64,000 nucleotides of DNA, from NCBI GenBank assembly GCA_016790075.1, contig JAEUPP010000061.1, positions 8,225-72,224 on the forward strand. Direction: 5' to 3'. This document shows, piece after piece, positions 31,978 through 41,156 of this stretch (its first letter is position 1; each line of letters begins with the position of its first letter). The stretch is from Rhodanobacteraceae bacterium. GTDB taxonomy: Bacteria > Pseudomonadota > Gammaproteobacteria > Xanthomonadales > Rhodanobacteraceae. The notes under the pieces are model-generated. The model was not told the DNA's origin, ran no database searches, and worked only from the letters and a program-made list of their open reading frames with translations. Both the position numbers and the translations under genes were made by a program.

Positions 31978-33567
31978 TCAGGGAGCCTGAAATCCGTTGG
32001 CGAACAATGCGTCCTGTATTGCCGCATACCAGCCGTCCGGCAGACGGATACGGAAAACATCTCCACGGCCATCGGTAAACCCCCAGTTTCCCGTGGTCCA
32101 GATGTTATGGCCCTGAAAATCCAGCGCCCCTGACCCCTCGGAGCGATAGTCGTAGTAGCGGTTGTAGGTCGAGCCCAACCGTATGATGGATGCGGGACTG
32201 CCCGACGCATCGCGAATCTGGACCAGCAGCCCCTGGTTTTTTCCCCAATGGCTGAAGCTCGTGTCGTAGCTGTTCATGTACAGCCAGCCGCGCTTTGCCC
32301 GATCGTAAACTTTTCCAAAATGCAAACCTATCGACCACGAACCACCATCAAGATCCGCATACGAAATCACCTTCGTACCGCAGGCATAGGAGTTTCCACT
32401 GATAACCTGGCACTGAGCAGTAGCTGCCGAGCGGATATCCACTGCCTCGATCCAATCGTTGCGGTTGTTCTGCGATACAAATAGCTCCTCGCCCGACATC
32501 CCCCAAGCCCATCCGGAATGCGTCTCGTCGGCAGCAATTCTGATCGGATCTGAAAACCCGGGGAGCAATGCCTTGGGCCCGTCGGCGATGGTTCCCAGGT
32601 CCGCATCCCGTTGACCGGGATACACACGGCCATAATGCAGGATCACGCGCGTGCCCAGAGGCGACATTTCGACCATATTCGGTCGCGACAGGTACGGCAG
32701 TGGTGCAGCCGGCGTGTTTGCTTCCACGCAAGGTGCCGGTGTACCGCTGCAGGACCGCTGCAGGCGCCCGGTAATCTGGTTGTTCACCCGGTCATACGTA
32801 ACTATCGCGTAGGGTTTGTAGCCGGAGCTGAGACTGGTATTCATCACCTGCCAGGCCCAGTACCGCGAATCGTTGCTCGAGTCACCTTCAACATCGTTCA
32901 TGATCTGCGCATCGGCAAACCCGGGGAAATCGGCACTGAAATCCCGTATCACGGTTGGGGCTGACTGGGCGCCGCTGACTGGATCAATGTCGACGTAGTA
33001 GAACGTCATGCCTGGATTTTCAGTGCCGACACGTTGCGAAGCAGGAAGCGAGCGGCCGACAAAATAGAGCCGGTATGGGTGTGCGCCGGAATAATCCCAG
33101 CGCAGCTCGTTGATCTCCCCCAGTGCGCGGGAAGCCTGCCCCAGCGATGGCTTGAAGCGCAGCACCGTCAGCATCGCGTTGTTGGATACGCGATAAATCC
33201 AGGCGCTGGTCGAATTTTCTCCATGCACGACAGCCAACTCGCCGGTCGTGTTGGTCGGCGTGAACCGGGAGTACACAATCAGCGACATGCCGCTCTGGGC
33301 AGAACCGTAGTCACCGGTCAGTTCGCTCTTGTCGGCGACACGCACGACCTGAAATCCTGTAACGGGATCGATCGTGACGCTTCCCTTGCCGGGATAAGTT
33401 CCCGGACTCGGTATCGGAATGACACGCCGATCGGTGATGAACTCCGTGGCTTGTGTCGATTCATACCAGCGCACTGGCCGCGCGTGTTGGTCGGCAAAAG
33501 CGGCCGCAGCAGCCAGCGTAGTGAAAATCCCTGCAGCAACCTGGCGCAACATGCATTTGTCGATCAT
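31978..33567 (-). CDS. Secreted beta-propeller-like protein with C-terminal DALFANGFQ motif
   Basis: Signal peptide ...TTLAAAAAFA; DPVTG..VVRVAD and YSRFTPTNTTG segments reminiscent of TolB/oligogalacturonate-lyase-like propellers (inference). Confidence 0.75.
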   Translation of the reverse strand: MIDKCMLRQVAAGIFTTLAAAAAFADQHARPVRWYESTQATEFITDRRVIPIPSPGTYPGKGSVTIDPVTGFQVVRVADKSELTGDYGSAQSGMSLIVYSRFTPTNTTGELAVVHGENSTSAWIYRVSNNAMLTVLRFKPSLGQASRALGEINELRWDYSGAHPYRLYFVGRSLPASQRVGTENPGMTFYYVDIDPVSGAQSAPTVIRDFSADFPGFADAQIMNDVEGDSSNDSRYWAWQVMNTSLSSGYKPYAIVTYDRVNNQITGRLQRSCSGTPAPCVEANTPAAPLPYLSRPNMVEMSPLGTRVILHYGRVYPGQRDADLGTIADGPKALLPGFSDPIRIAADETHSGWAWGMSGEELFVSQNNRNDWIEAVDIRSAATAQCQVISGNSYACGTKVISYADLDGGSWSIGLHFGKVYDRAKRGWLYMNSYDTSFSHWGKNQGLLVQIRDASGSPASIIRLGSTYNRYYDYRSEGSGALDFQGHNIWTTGNWGFTDGRGDVFRIRLPDGWYAAIQDALFANGFQAP

Positions 33568-33900
33568 TCCGGGCGTCCCTTATGTAAGCAACGGGCCAAG
33601 GCTTGTCTGGTGCTGAAACGATTGCTTCGTCACTGAACGGCATCGATGCCGCACTCGGCGCGAGGACACGGCAATCCGCAGCGGAAGGAACAACGGTAGG
33701 CGCTTCGGCCTGATCCTGGCGTGCGCGCTCTCACAAAACATATAAATTGATCATGCCGGAACCGGAACGCCGCTGAGCGGTACACCACTGAGCGACGCAG
33801 CACACGGTGCAACGTGCGCACAAGCCCGAATTCGGCTTTGATTGTTGGAACTCCAGTGAGTCACGGCGGTGACGCATGCCCGCTCTGAACCGCAGGCCCT

Positions 33901-34219
33901 CAGTTCGCGGATGACATCCGTGAACAGACTCGCCGCGACGGCTACGTCGGGACCGTGTTCAGAGGACGGCTTTACCTGGACGGCATTTGCGCACGCAATC
34001 CGGACCACGCGCAGGCGCTGTGCGTGCGGCGATGAATGCGCCGATGTGCGCAGGCTGATGCCGGTGCAAGACATGCTGGCACTGAAAGTACGCGAGGAAG
34101 AGGAAGTGACAGACGAGATCAGCACCGGTCTGTGCAAATGCGTGAGCACCGCCGCGGAACTCGCCGTGCCACTGGTCGTCGATATCCGCCCCGGAGTGAA
34201 CCGGGGCGAGGCGCACAGA
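33901..34219 (+). pseudogene. Degenerate duplicate of the polA 3' end
   Basis: Aligns by eye to 30088-30474 (e.g. GAGCACCGCCGCGGAACTCGCCGTGCC.CTGGTCGTCGATATC); about 70-nt internal deletion, many substitutions, stop TGA changed to AGA. Confidence 0.9.
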
Positions 34220-34314
34220 GAAATCGGCAACCTGTTGATTCAGAATGCGATGAACAGATTCTGAATCGATCCAGACAAGACTGCGAACCTTTCCTGCTCC
34301 AGTCCGTCCTAGCT

Positions 34315-34444
34315 ATCAGGTGCACGCAACGGCACCTGGTTCATTCCCCTCCCTGGATGAGCCACCGGAAACAGGTTCCTCCCCAGACCTGGCTCCGCAC
34401 CCCGACCTCGAAGACCCTCCCCTGGTCTTCGGGGTCTTTCTTCT
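34315..34444 (+). ncRNA. Second copy of the polA-linked C-rich sRNA
   Basis: 5' region nearly identical to 30571 onward; terminator stem GACCTCGAAGACC/GGTCTTCGGGGTC with compensatory changes. Confidence 0.75.
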
Positions 34445-34729
34445 GAGTCTTTAGATCTATCGCGCAGTGAATGCGGCGCTGATTTCGTACGAGGCTTGAG
34501 GGGCACGCACAGGACACAGCGCGACTCGATCGAGGAGATATCCTCGACATGGCGCTGCTCGTTGCAGTGCCATGGACCGGCGTTGCGGGCGCATGCTAGT
34601 TTGCACCGCGAATTTCCTGAACACGGGTAGATAACGGCGCGGTAACGGATGGATAACGCCGCGCAGAGCCGCGCTCTCCTGATCCGTGAACCGGCGTGCG
34701 GCTGCGCTGGCACCGCGCTACTAGCGCGT

Positions 34730-37450
34730 ATGAAAACTGATATCGATTCAGCCGAGCGGCATTCCTATAGCTATCGTTTCGGCAGCGCCGAATTCGACGA
34801 GGCGCGGTTTGAACTGCGCGTAGCCGGCCTGCCGGTTGATGTGGAGCGGCGCGCGCTCGAAGTGCTGGCCTATCTGCTGCGCCATGCCGGCGAGGTGGTA
34901 ACCAAGGAAGAACTGCTGCGCGAGGTCTGGGCCGGCCGCATTACGGTCGACAAGGTACTGCCCAACGCGATCAACAAGCTGCGCCGCGCCCTGGGCGAGG
35001 CCAATGCCGAACGCGTGCAGACCCAGGCGCGCATCGGCTACCGCCTCGACGGCACGATAGAACGTGTCGCCGTGGGGCGGCGGCTAGCCAGCCGGCTTGA
35101 GCTGGCGGCCGGCCAGTCCGTGCCGGCGCGCGATAATTTTCTGTTGCGGCGCCAGCTCGGCAGCAGCCGCGACAACGAGGTCTGGCTGGCCGAGCATGCC
35201 AAGACGCGCGAGAAGCGCGTCTACAAGTTCGGCGTTGATGGCGAGAGGCTACGTTCACTCAAGCGCGAGGCCACCTTGTCGCGCGTGCTGCAGGAAAGCC
35301 TCGACGACCGCCGGCATTTCGTCGACATCATCGACTGGAACTTCGAGAGTTCCCCGTTCTTTCTGGAATGCCAATACGGCGGAGAGAGCCTGCTGGAGTG
35401 GGCCGAACAGCACCTGGCCGCGTTGGGGATCGATGAACGCCTCGTGGTGTTTCTGCAGATCGCCGATGCGGTGGCAGCCGCACATAGCGTCGGCGTGCTG
35501 CACAAGGATCTCAAGCCCGCCAATGTACTGATCGCTGCGACGGAATCGGGCTGGCTGATACGCCTGACCGATTTTGGCAGCGGCCGCCTGCTCGATCCGG
35601 AGCGACTCGAAGCGCTGGGCATTACCCAGCTCGGCCTCACCGTTACGCAGAGCATCGCAACCGATTCGTCGACAGGCACGCCGCTCTATGTGGCGCCTGA
35701 GGTGTTCGCCGGCCATGCGCCGACGGTGCAGAGCGACGTTTTTGCGCTGGGAATATTGCTGTATCAGCTGTTGGCGGGCCGCCTCAACAAGCCTATGGCA
35801 TCGGGCTGGGAGCAGGACATCGCCGACGAACTGCTGCGCGAAGATGTCCGTCTGGCCACCGATGGCAATCCCGAGCGGCGGCTGGCGACTGCGGCGGAAC
35901 TCGCTCTGCGCCTGCGTGACCGTGAACGCCGCCGCCTGCAGATCGATGCGGCACGGCGCGACGAAGAGCAAGCGCGCAGCGCACGTGAAACCCTGGCGCG
36001 CAGCCGCGCGCGCCGGCCGTATCTGGTCGCGCTGATCACTGCCCTGGCCGTCAGCATCGCGGTAGTGCTCGTCCTGTACCGCACCGCAGTGAACGCGCGC
36101 AACACGGCACAACAGGAGCTCGACCGCGCTGCGGCGATCAATCGTTTTCTCAACGAAGACCTGATCGGACGCTCCAACCCGCTGGTCGTCGCCAAGGGAC
36201 AGAGCGCATCGATCAGGGATGTACTGCTTGCGGCGCGCGACCGCGTAGCGCAGCGCTTCAGCGCGCAGCCGCTGACCGAAGCAACGATCCGCACCAGTCT
36301 GACCACGCTGTTCAACATGATTGAACTGCTGCCTGAAGCAGAGGGCGAGGCGCGCCGCGCGCTTGCGCTATACGAAAGCCACGCCGGCGCGGCGAGCCGC
36401 GATGCGCTGAAAGCGCGTTCGCTGCTTGCGCGCCTGCTCACACGCACGGGCAAGATCGAAGAAGCACACAAGGAATTGCAGCGGCTGGATGAACTGACCG
36501 CAGCGATGGACGACCCGTATACGAAGTATTTGCGTGCCCATGCCTGGGGCATCTACTACATGAACCGGGGCGAGTACGCCAAGGGCGTGCCCGAATACCG
36601 CATTGCCATCCCCATATTGCGCGAAGCAGAGCCAGACAACGTCACCTTGCGCGATTCCATGCGCATGGATCTGATCGGAGGGCTGACCCAGGTAGGCGAT
36701 CTGGCTGGAGCGCGCGCCGAAGGTGCCGATCTGATTCGCGAAATCGGCACACGCGGAGACGACAACGGCCTGGTTGTCGCATTCGCAAAAGCGATGGTGG
36801 CGCGCACATATACCCTGGAGGGCGATCTTGCTACTGCCGAGTCGCAGCTTGTCGAGGCGCAGCAGACCATAGTCAACGTGCTCGGTGCCGCTCACACGCG
36901 CAATATCATGGTGCTCAGCGATCTTTTCGACATCGCTGTGCGCCGCGCCGACTGGCCCAGGGCACTAGCTTATGCCCAGCAAGTGCATGAGGGCGCGCTG
37001 GCCAAATTTGGGCCCGAGCACAATATCACTGCAGCAACGGCGATCAATTGGGGACAGGCACTGTTCGAGAGCGGCGATACAAAAACCGCAGAAGACAAGC
37101 TGCGACCATTCCGCGAGTTGCTCGCCGCCAAGCTTGGCCCAGAAAATCCACAAAGCCAGGTTGCCACCTATTGGCTTTGCGCCTTTGCGCTGGAGCAGCG
37201 CAAGGCGGACGAGGCCGCACGGCTTGTTGCGCTGCTGGATCCGGCGGCACTGGAAGGCGCCGGCGCCGATGGATTCTGGAAGCTGCGCGTCGACATGCTG
37301 CGTGGGTTGCTCGCGGCACAGCGCGGTGACGAGGCCGTGGCGGCAGAACTCCTCGCCTCAGCCGTGGATGGGCTGGCCAAGGCCGACGGAGGCCGCAGTC
37401 GCCTCTATGCCAATGCCCAACGCGCGCTGGGCCGTAGCCCCACGCCATGA
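34730..37450 (+). CDS. Winged-helix DNA-binding domain - Hanks-type Ser/Thr kinase - TM - TPR protein
   Basis: YRFGSAEFDE...KEELLREVW...INKLRRALG (OmpR-type wHTH); LHKDLKPANVLI, DFGSG, GTPLYVAPE, SDVFALG; TM helix; helical repeats. Confidence 0.9.
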   Translation: MKTDIDSAERHSYSYRFGSAEFDEARFELRVAGLPVDVERRALEVLAYLLRHAGEVVTKEELLREVWAGRITVDKVLPNAINKLRRALGEANAERVQTQARIGYRLDGTIERVAVGRRLASRLELAAGQSVPARDNFLLRRQLGSSRDNEVWLAEHAKTREKRVYKFGVDGERLRSLKREATLSRVLQESLDDRRHFVDIIDWNFESSPFFLECQYGGESLLEWAEQHLAALGIDERLVVFLQIADAVAAAHSVGVLHKDLKPANVLIAATESGWLIRLTDFGSGRLLDPERLEALGITQLGLTVTQSIATDSSTGTPLYVAPEVFAGHAPTVQSDVFALGILLYQLLAGRLNKPMASGWEQDIADELLREDVRLATDGNPERRLATAAELALRLRDRERRRLQIDAARRDEEQARSARETLARSRARRPYLVALITALAVSIAVVLVLYRTAVNARNTAQQELDRAAAINRFLNEDLIGRSNPLVVAKGQSASIRDVLLAARDRVAQRFSAQPLTEATIRTSLTTLFNMIELLPEAEGEARRALALYESHAGAASRDALKARSLLARLLTRTGKIEEAHKELQRLDELTAAMDDPYTKYLRAHAWGIYYMNRGEYAKGVPEYRIAIPILREAEPDNVTLRDSMRMDLIGGLTQVGDLAGARAEGADLIREIGTRGDDNGLVVAFAKAMVARTYTLEGDLATAESQLVEAQQTIVNVLGAAHTRNIMVLSDLFDIAVRRADWPRALAYAQQVHEGALAKFGPEHNITAATAINWGQALFESGDTKTAEDKLRPFRELLAAKLGPENPQSQVATYWLCAFALEQRKADEAARLVALLDPAALEGAGADGFWKLRVDMLRGLLAAQRGDEAVAAELLASAVDGLAKADGGRSRLYANAQRALGRSPTP

Positions 37451-37579
37451 TCCGGACCAATCGCTGCTACCGGGTGACGAAGCCAGGCCCTGTGCAATGC
37501 CTGCCCAGGCGCCCACAGCGACGCTTATGTACCCACCGCCTGCCGCCGTACCCTCAACAATCCAGAACCAGTTCCCAGC

Positions 37580-38365
37580 TTAATCAGGGCTACCCAGATC
37601 GGTATCGAGTTTCGCCAGCATGCGCTTGAGTGCGAAATGCCGGTAGCTGTGCAGCGCCAGGTTGCGGATTTCCTTCCAGTTCGGTTTGGCACCGACCGCC
37701 AGTGAAATCCAGCCGTTGTGACCCATATACGGCGGTATCGAATAGCGCGCGTCGCCGGCATAGAGCCCTTGCTGATCAACGCCGACCCAGAAGCTGAAGC
37801 TCAGCACCTGGTCGTAGCGATACGCGGTCGCAAACGTGCGCTTGCCAGCCTGCCACGAGGGTGCGCCGAAGCGCGGGTCCTCGACGACTTCGGGCAGGGA
37901 CAGGCAGAACTCGCGCAAGGGCTGGACAAGACGCCGCACAGCAGGCGCTTGCAGCGGGTCACGCTGCTCGGGGCTCATCGCCTCCTTGGGCGGAGCAATC
38001 ACTGGGGTCCTGCCGATTTCTTTGCTCAGGGCAGCAGGTGCAACTTTTTCGTAAGCCTCACGCACCAAGCCGGCGATACGTTTCCAGTCCAGCCCCTTGT
38101 CGAGTTGGACACCCAGCCATCCACGCGGCCCTACGTAGGGCGGTACAAAAAAGTATTCCGGCTCGTCACGCACGCGCTGCTCCTGTGCACCCGGCGGCGC
38201 GCCCAGCCAAAGCGCAACGCGGCCGTCACCGTGGTGATTGACGAGAAAACTCGCGTAGGTCTTGCCGCGCACGCGAAAATTCGGCGAGCCGTGTGACAGA
38301 TATTCCTCGGACTCCGGAAACGACAGGCAGATTTCGCGAACCGCAGCGGGAATGTCTTTGGCCAT
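37580..38365 (-). CDS. MmcQ/YjbR-family protein with two tandem domains
   Basis: SHGSPNFRVRGK, FFVPPYVGPRGWLGV and a second YSIPPYMGHNGWISL. Confidence 0.85.
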   Translation of the reverse strand: MAKDIPAAVREICLSFPESEEYLSHGSPNFRVRGKTYASFLVNHHGDGRVALWLGAPPGAQEQRVRDEPEYFFVPPYVGPRGWLGVQLDKGLDWKRIAGLVREAYEKVAPAALSKEIGRTPVIAPPKEAMSPEQRDPLQAPAVRRLVQPLREFCLSLPEVVEDPRFGAPSWQAGKRTFATAYRYDQVLSFSFWVGVDQQGLYAGDARYSIPPYMGHNGWISLAVGAKPNWKEIRNLALHSYRHFALKRMLAKLDTDLGSPD

Positions 38366-38548
38366 GGCACGGACCGGCTAAGGCGGCGTTGCAGTCTGTT
38401 GCAGCCGCCTGCCATGAGCAAGGCGTGTGTAACGCTGCCCGCGGCGTGTACCCAGCAAATCGGCCAGGCGAGGCGAACCGAGCGGCCGCTAGCGCAACGG
38501 ATCACCGGCTTCGCCGGCGTCAGCCGCATCCGAGCAAACGTTTGCCCG

Positions 38549-40924
38549 CTACGGAACCAGGCGCACCTGATCGACTACCCAGAGTGTCCGGGTATCCGGG
38601 CGCGTGAACACGAAGCAAAGATCTTCGGCCGCCGCACTGCCTTTGCCGCGTGACGGCAGCTCTGCACGCAAGGTTGTGCGCTCGGCATTGCCTAGCGCCG
38701 GCTTCAGCGGCAGCCTGAGCCAGGGTTTCCCGCCGCAGCGGCCGCGCCGTATTTCCAGTTCGCCGCTGGCCGTCGCAGGCTTGCGCAGAACCACGTTCTT
38801 CGCATCTCTCCAGAGTTGAAAATTATACGGAACGCTGCCTACGTCGATTTCCAACGCCGTAGTCGTCGCGAGTTCGGCCTGGGGCCATATCCAGCAGGCA
38901 TCGAAAATGTCCACACTATAGAACGGCCGTTCACCGGTTGTGGGCGCATCATCCTCCAGACGCAATAGCAGACCGTTGTCGCGGCAGGGCTTGAGCTCGC
39001 TGCTGCTACGCCGGCGCAGCGCCGCCCCGTCAGTCGCCACAGCCGTCGATCGGGTCAGCCTCTCGCTCCCTACGAAGGTAGCGACACGCAGCGGTGTTCC
39101 AGTCCGCAGGCGCAAGGCTGTGGTATAGATCGGCGATGTCGCCGCGGGCTCGCTACCGTCCAGCGTATAGCGCAACTCCCCGAAATTGGCCTGATTGGAC
39201 AGCGTGATGTCGACCGAGTCCACCTCCGCCGCCGCAGCGTTCACGCTCGCCCGCGGCAGGAACGCTGACTCGGCATAGGCGAGATCCAGCGCACGATAAC
39301 GGGCGAGCTGCGCCGGCAAGCGGGCGAGAAAACCCGGCCAGTCGCGGCGCTCGCGCGGCGCCCAGTTGACCTCGGCCAGCGCGGCGAGACGCGGAAAGAC
39401 CGCATGCTCCACGCGCGCCGTCGTACGCATATGCTCGACCCAGACATTCGCCTGTGCACCCCGCACATGCTTGGCCTGTTCCGCATCGAGCTCAGCCGGG
39501 GTCGGCTCAAAACGGTACAGCGATTCCAAGGTGACCAGGCTGGGACGACCCGATGGTTCGTCGCCGGCATCGCTCTGCAGGTTGTCGAGATAAAGATCCG
39601 GTGCGGGCGACAGCACGACATCGTGACCAGCACGTGCCGCTTCGATCGCGCCGGCTGTGCCGCGCCAGGACATCACACTGGCACTGGCGGGCAGACGGCC
39701 GCCTTCGAGAATTTCATCCCAGCCTATGAGTTTTCTGCCGTGCTTTTCGAGCAGCGTAGCCAGTCGCGCCACAAACCAGGACTGCAACGCGGCCTCGTCC
39801 GCGAGGCCTAGCTGCCGGCGCCGCGCCTGTACGCGCTTGGACGCCTTCCACCGATCCTTGACCGCTTCATCGCCACCGATGTGGATATACGGCGAAGGAA
39901 ACAGTGTCACGACCTCGTCAAGCACATTTTCTATAAAGGTAAAGGTGCTTTCTTCTACGTTCAGCAAATACGTGTGAATCCCCCAGTCCGTCGACACGCC
40001 TGGCCTTTCGCCGGTACCAAGCTGCGGATACGCAGCAATAGCCGCCTGGGCATGACCCGGCATGTCGATCTCCGGCACGATAGTGATATGCCGCTGCGCC
40101 GCATAAGCGACTATGTCGCGGATCTCGTCCTGCGTGTAGTAGCCGCCGTAACGCCGCGGCTTGCCGGTTTCCGGATCGATATCCTTGGCCGCCGCCGGTC
40201 CGGGCGGCACGCGCCAGGCGCCGATTTCGGTCAGGCGCGGGTATTTCTTGATTTCGATACGCCAGCCCTGGTCGTCGGTCAGATGCCAGTGCAAGGTGTT
40301 GAGCTTGTGCAAGGCCATGGCGTCGATGAGCTTCTTGATGAAGGCCGGCGACTGGTAGTGGCGCGCGGAATCGAGCATGAGGCCGCGCCAGGGGTATCGC
40401 GGCCAGTCGGTGATCTCGCCGGCGGCGACATATACCGCAGACGCATCCCCGGTTTGCGCCGTCAGCAACTGCCACAGCGATACCGCGCCGTAGAACAGGC
40501 CGGAACGGCTGCCCGAATGAATCTCGACCAGGCCGCTATCGGCCTTGAGCCGGTACCAGCCGTCCAGTGCATCGCGGCCTTCATCGAAGACAAGGCGAAT
40601 GCCCGTGGCCGGTTTTTTCTCCGGACACGCAACCGTAAACGCGAAACCGCGTGTGCGCTGCACGAGTTCAACGAAATACTGGGCGACCGCCGTGGCCTCG
40701 TCGCCGCAGGCGTAAAGCCGCGTGGTGGCGTCGATGCGCACAGCGCTGCGCGTGGTTGCGGGCGCCACCTCTGCCGGTGCCGGCACTATCGCCTCCAGCG
40801 CAACAGCGGCGGGCTCCGGCGCGGACTTCGTCGCGCGCGGGGGAGAATGCGCGCAGGCGGCAAGCACACAGGCGAGGCCGACAAGGCTGCCGGCACACAA
40901 TGATTTCGGACGGATCATGGTCAC
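38549..40924 (-). CDS. GH20 beta-N-acetylhexosaminidase, lipoprotein
   Basis: Lipobox VLAAC; PRYPWRGLMLDSARH, HWHLTDDQGWR, PEIDMPGH, catalytic HIGGDEA; C-terminal Fn3-like LRYTLDGSEP. Confidence 0.95.
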   Translation of the reverse strand: MTMIRPKSLCAGSLVGLACVLAACAHSPPRATKSAPEPAAVALEAIVPAPAEVAPATTRSAVRIDATTRLYACGDEATAVAQYFVELVQRTRGFAFTVACPEKKPATGIRLVFDEGRDALDGWYRLKADSGLVEIHSGSRSGLFYGAVSLWQLLTAQTGDASAVYVAAGEITDWPRYPWRGLMLDSARHYQSPAFIKKLIDAMALHKLNTLHWHLTDDQGWRIEIKKYPRLTEIGAWRVPPGPAAAKDIDPETGKPRRYGGYYTQDEIRDIVAYAAQRHITIVPEIDMPGHAQAAIAAYPQLGTGERPGVSTDWGIHTYLLNVEESTFTFIENVLDEVVTLFPSPYIHIGGDEAVKDRWKASKRVQARRRQLGLADEAALQSWFVARLATLLEKHGRKLIGWDEILEGGRLPASASVMSWRGTAGAIEAARAGHDVVLSPAPDLYLDNLQSDAGDEPSGRPSLVTLESLYRFEPTPAELDAEQAKHVRGAQANVWVEHMRTTARVEHAVFPRLAALAEVNWAPRERRDWPGFLARLPAQLARYRALDLAYAESAFLPRASVNAAAAEVDSVDITLSNQANFGELRYTLDGSEPAATSPIYTTALRLRTGTPLRVATFVGSERLTRSTAVATDGAALRRRSSSELKPCRDNGLLLRLEDDAPTTGERPFYSVDIFDACWIWPQAELATTTALEIDVGSVPYNFQLWRDAKNVVLRKPATASGELEIRRGRCGGKPWLRLPLKPALGNAERTTLRAELPSRGKGSAAAEDLCFVFTRPDTRTLWVVDQVRLVP

Positions 40925-41044
40925 CTCGCTGCTCTGCGGGGGTATCGATGCCTGACGTCAAGCAAGCGGAGCCTAAACATCTGCTTACTCAGACCTGTCT
41001 GCAACATGCAAGACATCCGCTCCGCCGACATCCATACCCAGAAT

Positions 41045-41073
41045 AAAAAAGGGCCGGGATCCACACCCGGCCC
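41045..41073 (-). terminator. Rho-independent terminator after the TonB-dependent receptor
   Basis: Minus strand GGGCCGGG-TGTGGAT-CCCGGCCC-TTTTTT. Confidence 0.8.
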
Positions 41074-41156
41074 AAGTCACCACGTTGGAGACGGAACTTG
41101 CACCGAAGGTGCCGGGCGCCGGGCGTGAACAGCGCTCACGTCCGGCGCTGCAGTAC

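Noticed and set aside
33901-34219. polA duplicate as a diversity-generating retroelement TR/VR pair
   Set aside because: Differences are not adenine-specific, there is a large deletion, and no reverse transcriptase is present
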